Part shown: one piece after another, positions 30,625 through 32,000 of the stretch | Position numbering within the stretch: position 1 is the first letter of the stretch | Layout of the letters: each line of letters begins with the position of its first letter | Origin: Shewanella sp. Choline-02u-19 | Lineage (GTDB): Bacteria > Pseudomonadota > Gammaproteobacteria > Enterobacterales > Shewanellaceae | NCBI RefSeq assembly: GCF_002836205.1 | Contig: NZ_PJBE01000013.1 | Coordinates: 2,244,051 to 2,276,050, forward strand | Reading direction: 5' to 3' | Length of the DNA: 32,000 nucleotides | Notes under the pieces: generated by a model | The model's database searches: none | What the model was told of the DNA's origin: nothing | Seen by the model: only the letters and a program-made list of their open reading frames with translations | Made by a program: the position numbers and the translations under genes

Positions 30625-31122
30625 ATGACAATTAAAAAAAGAAGTCTTACCCTTTTGGGCGCTGCTGCGCTCTCACTATCGCTCAGTGGCTGTGGTGTAT
30701 TCGACTATTTGATCTATAAGCCTGACATTCCACAAGGTAACTACATGGAAGACCAGCAGGTAGAAAAGCTGCGTATTGACATGACTAAAGAGCAGGTTGA
30801 GTACGTATTAGGCCGCCCTGTTTTACGTGATAGTTTTTCAGACGATACTTGGTATTACGTCTACCACTATAAAAGTGGCCGCGATGCTAGCATCATCCAT
30901 AAAGAGCTGATCATTAACTTCAACGGCGATATGCTGTCTGAAGTGAAAGGTGACTATGATTTGAGTGAAGAGTTTAATACTCCACTTGAAGAGAGCAAGC
31001 TACCTGAAATTAATATGCCAGAAGGCGAGCCTCTGATCCCAGAGCAACGTCCTCAAGCAAAGCCTTTAGTTGAAGAGCAAGAAACTCAACCAGAGTCGCT
31101 ATCAGAGAAAAACTTCGAATAA
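30625..31122 (+). CDS. bamE: outer membrane protein assembly factor BamE (SmpA)
   Basis: 165 aa; lipobox SLSLSGCGVFDYLIYKPDIPQGNYM, MTKEQVEYVLGRPVLRDSFSDDTWYYVYHY. Confidence 0.96.
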   Translation: MTIKKRSLTLLGAAALSLSLSGCGVFDYLIYKPDIPQGNYMEDQQVEKLRIDMTKEQVEYVLGRPVLRDSFSDDTWYYVYHYKSGRDASIIHKELIINFNGDMLSEVKGDYDLSEEFNTPLEESKLPEINMPEGEPLIPEQRPQAKPLVEEQETQPESLSEKNFE

Positions 31123-31165
31123 TTGGAGTGTTAGCTCAGCCCTGCTGAGCTTTCAACAGATATTA

Positions 31166-31206
31166 AAAATGCGAGCCTCTTTTAAAGAGACTCGCATTTT
31201 TGTTTT
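31166..31206. terminator. bidirectional terminator between bamE and rnfH
   Basis: AAAATGCGAG-CCTCTT TT AAGAGA-CTCGCATTTTTGTTTT. Confidence 0.85.
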
Positions 31207-31282
31207 AGGGCTATCACCTTTTAAAGCATCAACTGACACAATTAATCGCGTAACAACATAGCGCAGAGTAACAAAAGTCCCT

Positions 31283-31615
31283 TTACAGCTTAGCGCCGGT
31301 GATCTTATTCACCCGCCCTTCGTCTTTCGCTTTTTCTGCACGTTTACGACGTACATCTTTAGGATCAGCGATAAGTGCTCGGTAGATCTCAACCCGCTGC
31401 CCAGGTTGCAGTACTTCAGCGTGTTTAACTGAACGACTAAAAATACCTAGCTTAACCGTCTCTAAATCAATTTCAGGGAAATAGCGCTGCATATCACTTT
31501 GCTTCACCGCATCAATACACGTGGTCCCTGGTTCAATGTTCACTTTAATCCGCTTTTGCTGTTGCGGCAGAGCATAGATAATTTCAACCGTAAACTGAGC
31601 TTGATCTGTATTCAT
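31283..31615 (-). CDS. rnfH: RnfH family ubiquitin-like protein
   Basis: 110 aa; FTVEIIYALPQQQKRIKVNIEPGTTCIDAVKQS, VEIYRALIADPKDVRRKRAEKA; overlaps ratA by 4 bp. Confidence 0.92.
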   Translation of the reverse strand: MNTDQAQFTVEIIYALPQQQKRIKVNIEPGTTCIDAVKQSDMQRYFPEIDLETVKLGIFSRSVKHAEVLQPGQRVEIYRALIADPKDVRRKRAEKAKDEGRVNKITGAKL

Positions 31616-32000
31616 GTGTAAATCACCTTAGCGCGACGAGTAAATGCCGTCACCATAGAAGACATTAACTCTTTAAACACCTTACCAAACGCCAAGTCCG
31701 CTATCGGGCTAGAAAACTCAAAGCTAAGTTCAAAATCGACTTTACAGGCATCTTCCGCTAACTCAGTAAACGTCCACTCACCAATCAATTCTTTAAAGGG
31801 GCCGTTTTCTAACTGCAGCTTAATACTCTTGCCCGCAACAACCTGATTGCGAGTGGTAAATGTTTTACTTATCCCCGCTTTAGCCACATCAACCGAGGCC
31901 ACCATCGTTGTGCCATCAAACTCCAACACCTTGCCACCCACACAGCCTGGCAAGAACTCTTTATAAGATTCGACATCATTGACTAAGTCATACATCTGCA
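31612..32000 (-). CDS. ratA: RatA family START-domain protein (5' end beyond window)
   Basis: MYDLVNDVESYKEFLPGCVGGKVLEFDGTTMVASVDV...FGKVFKELMSSMVTAFTRRAKVIY; frame stays open to the window edge, so the N-terminus is probably truncated. Confidence 0.92.
   Translation of the reverse strand, partial: QMYDLVNDVESYKEFLPGCVGGKVLEFDGTTMVASVDVAKAGISKTFTTRNQVVAGKSIKLQLENGPFKELIGEWTFTELAEDACKVDFELSFEFSSPIADLAFGKVFKELMSSMVTAFTRRAKVIYT

Overview
This 32 kb window is a gammaproteobacterial chromosome segment that looks like Shewanella by gene content and order. That organism call is inference from protein similarity recalled from memory. Most of it is conserved housekeeping: tadA, guaA/guaB, xseA, and the block rlmN-pilF-rodZ-ispG-hisS-yfgM-bamB-der on the minus strand. 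Further along are a CNNM/CBS membrane protein, a UshA-like 5'-nucleotidase, a tandem GNAT pair, a small NrfJ-like periplasmic protein, DUF3820, an MtfA-like peptidase, an NTF2/SnoaL-like secreted protein, an HDOD+GAF protein, malate synthase A, bamE, and rnfH-ratA (ratA is cut by the window edge). The most unusual locus is a compact three-gene cassette at about 22.42-23.88 kb. It has iteron-like GTCAAAAA repeats, a small ORF overlapping the next gene by ATGA, an orphan ParA-family ATPase (KGGSGKS), and an overlapping gene whose product has a putative C-terminal ribbon-helix-helix-like domain, and it is closed by an intrinsic terminator. It resembles a ParFG-type plasmid partition module sitting alone in the chromosome. 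I found no rRNA, no convincing tRNA, no CRISPR array, no transposase and no obvious phage genes.
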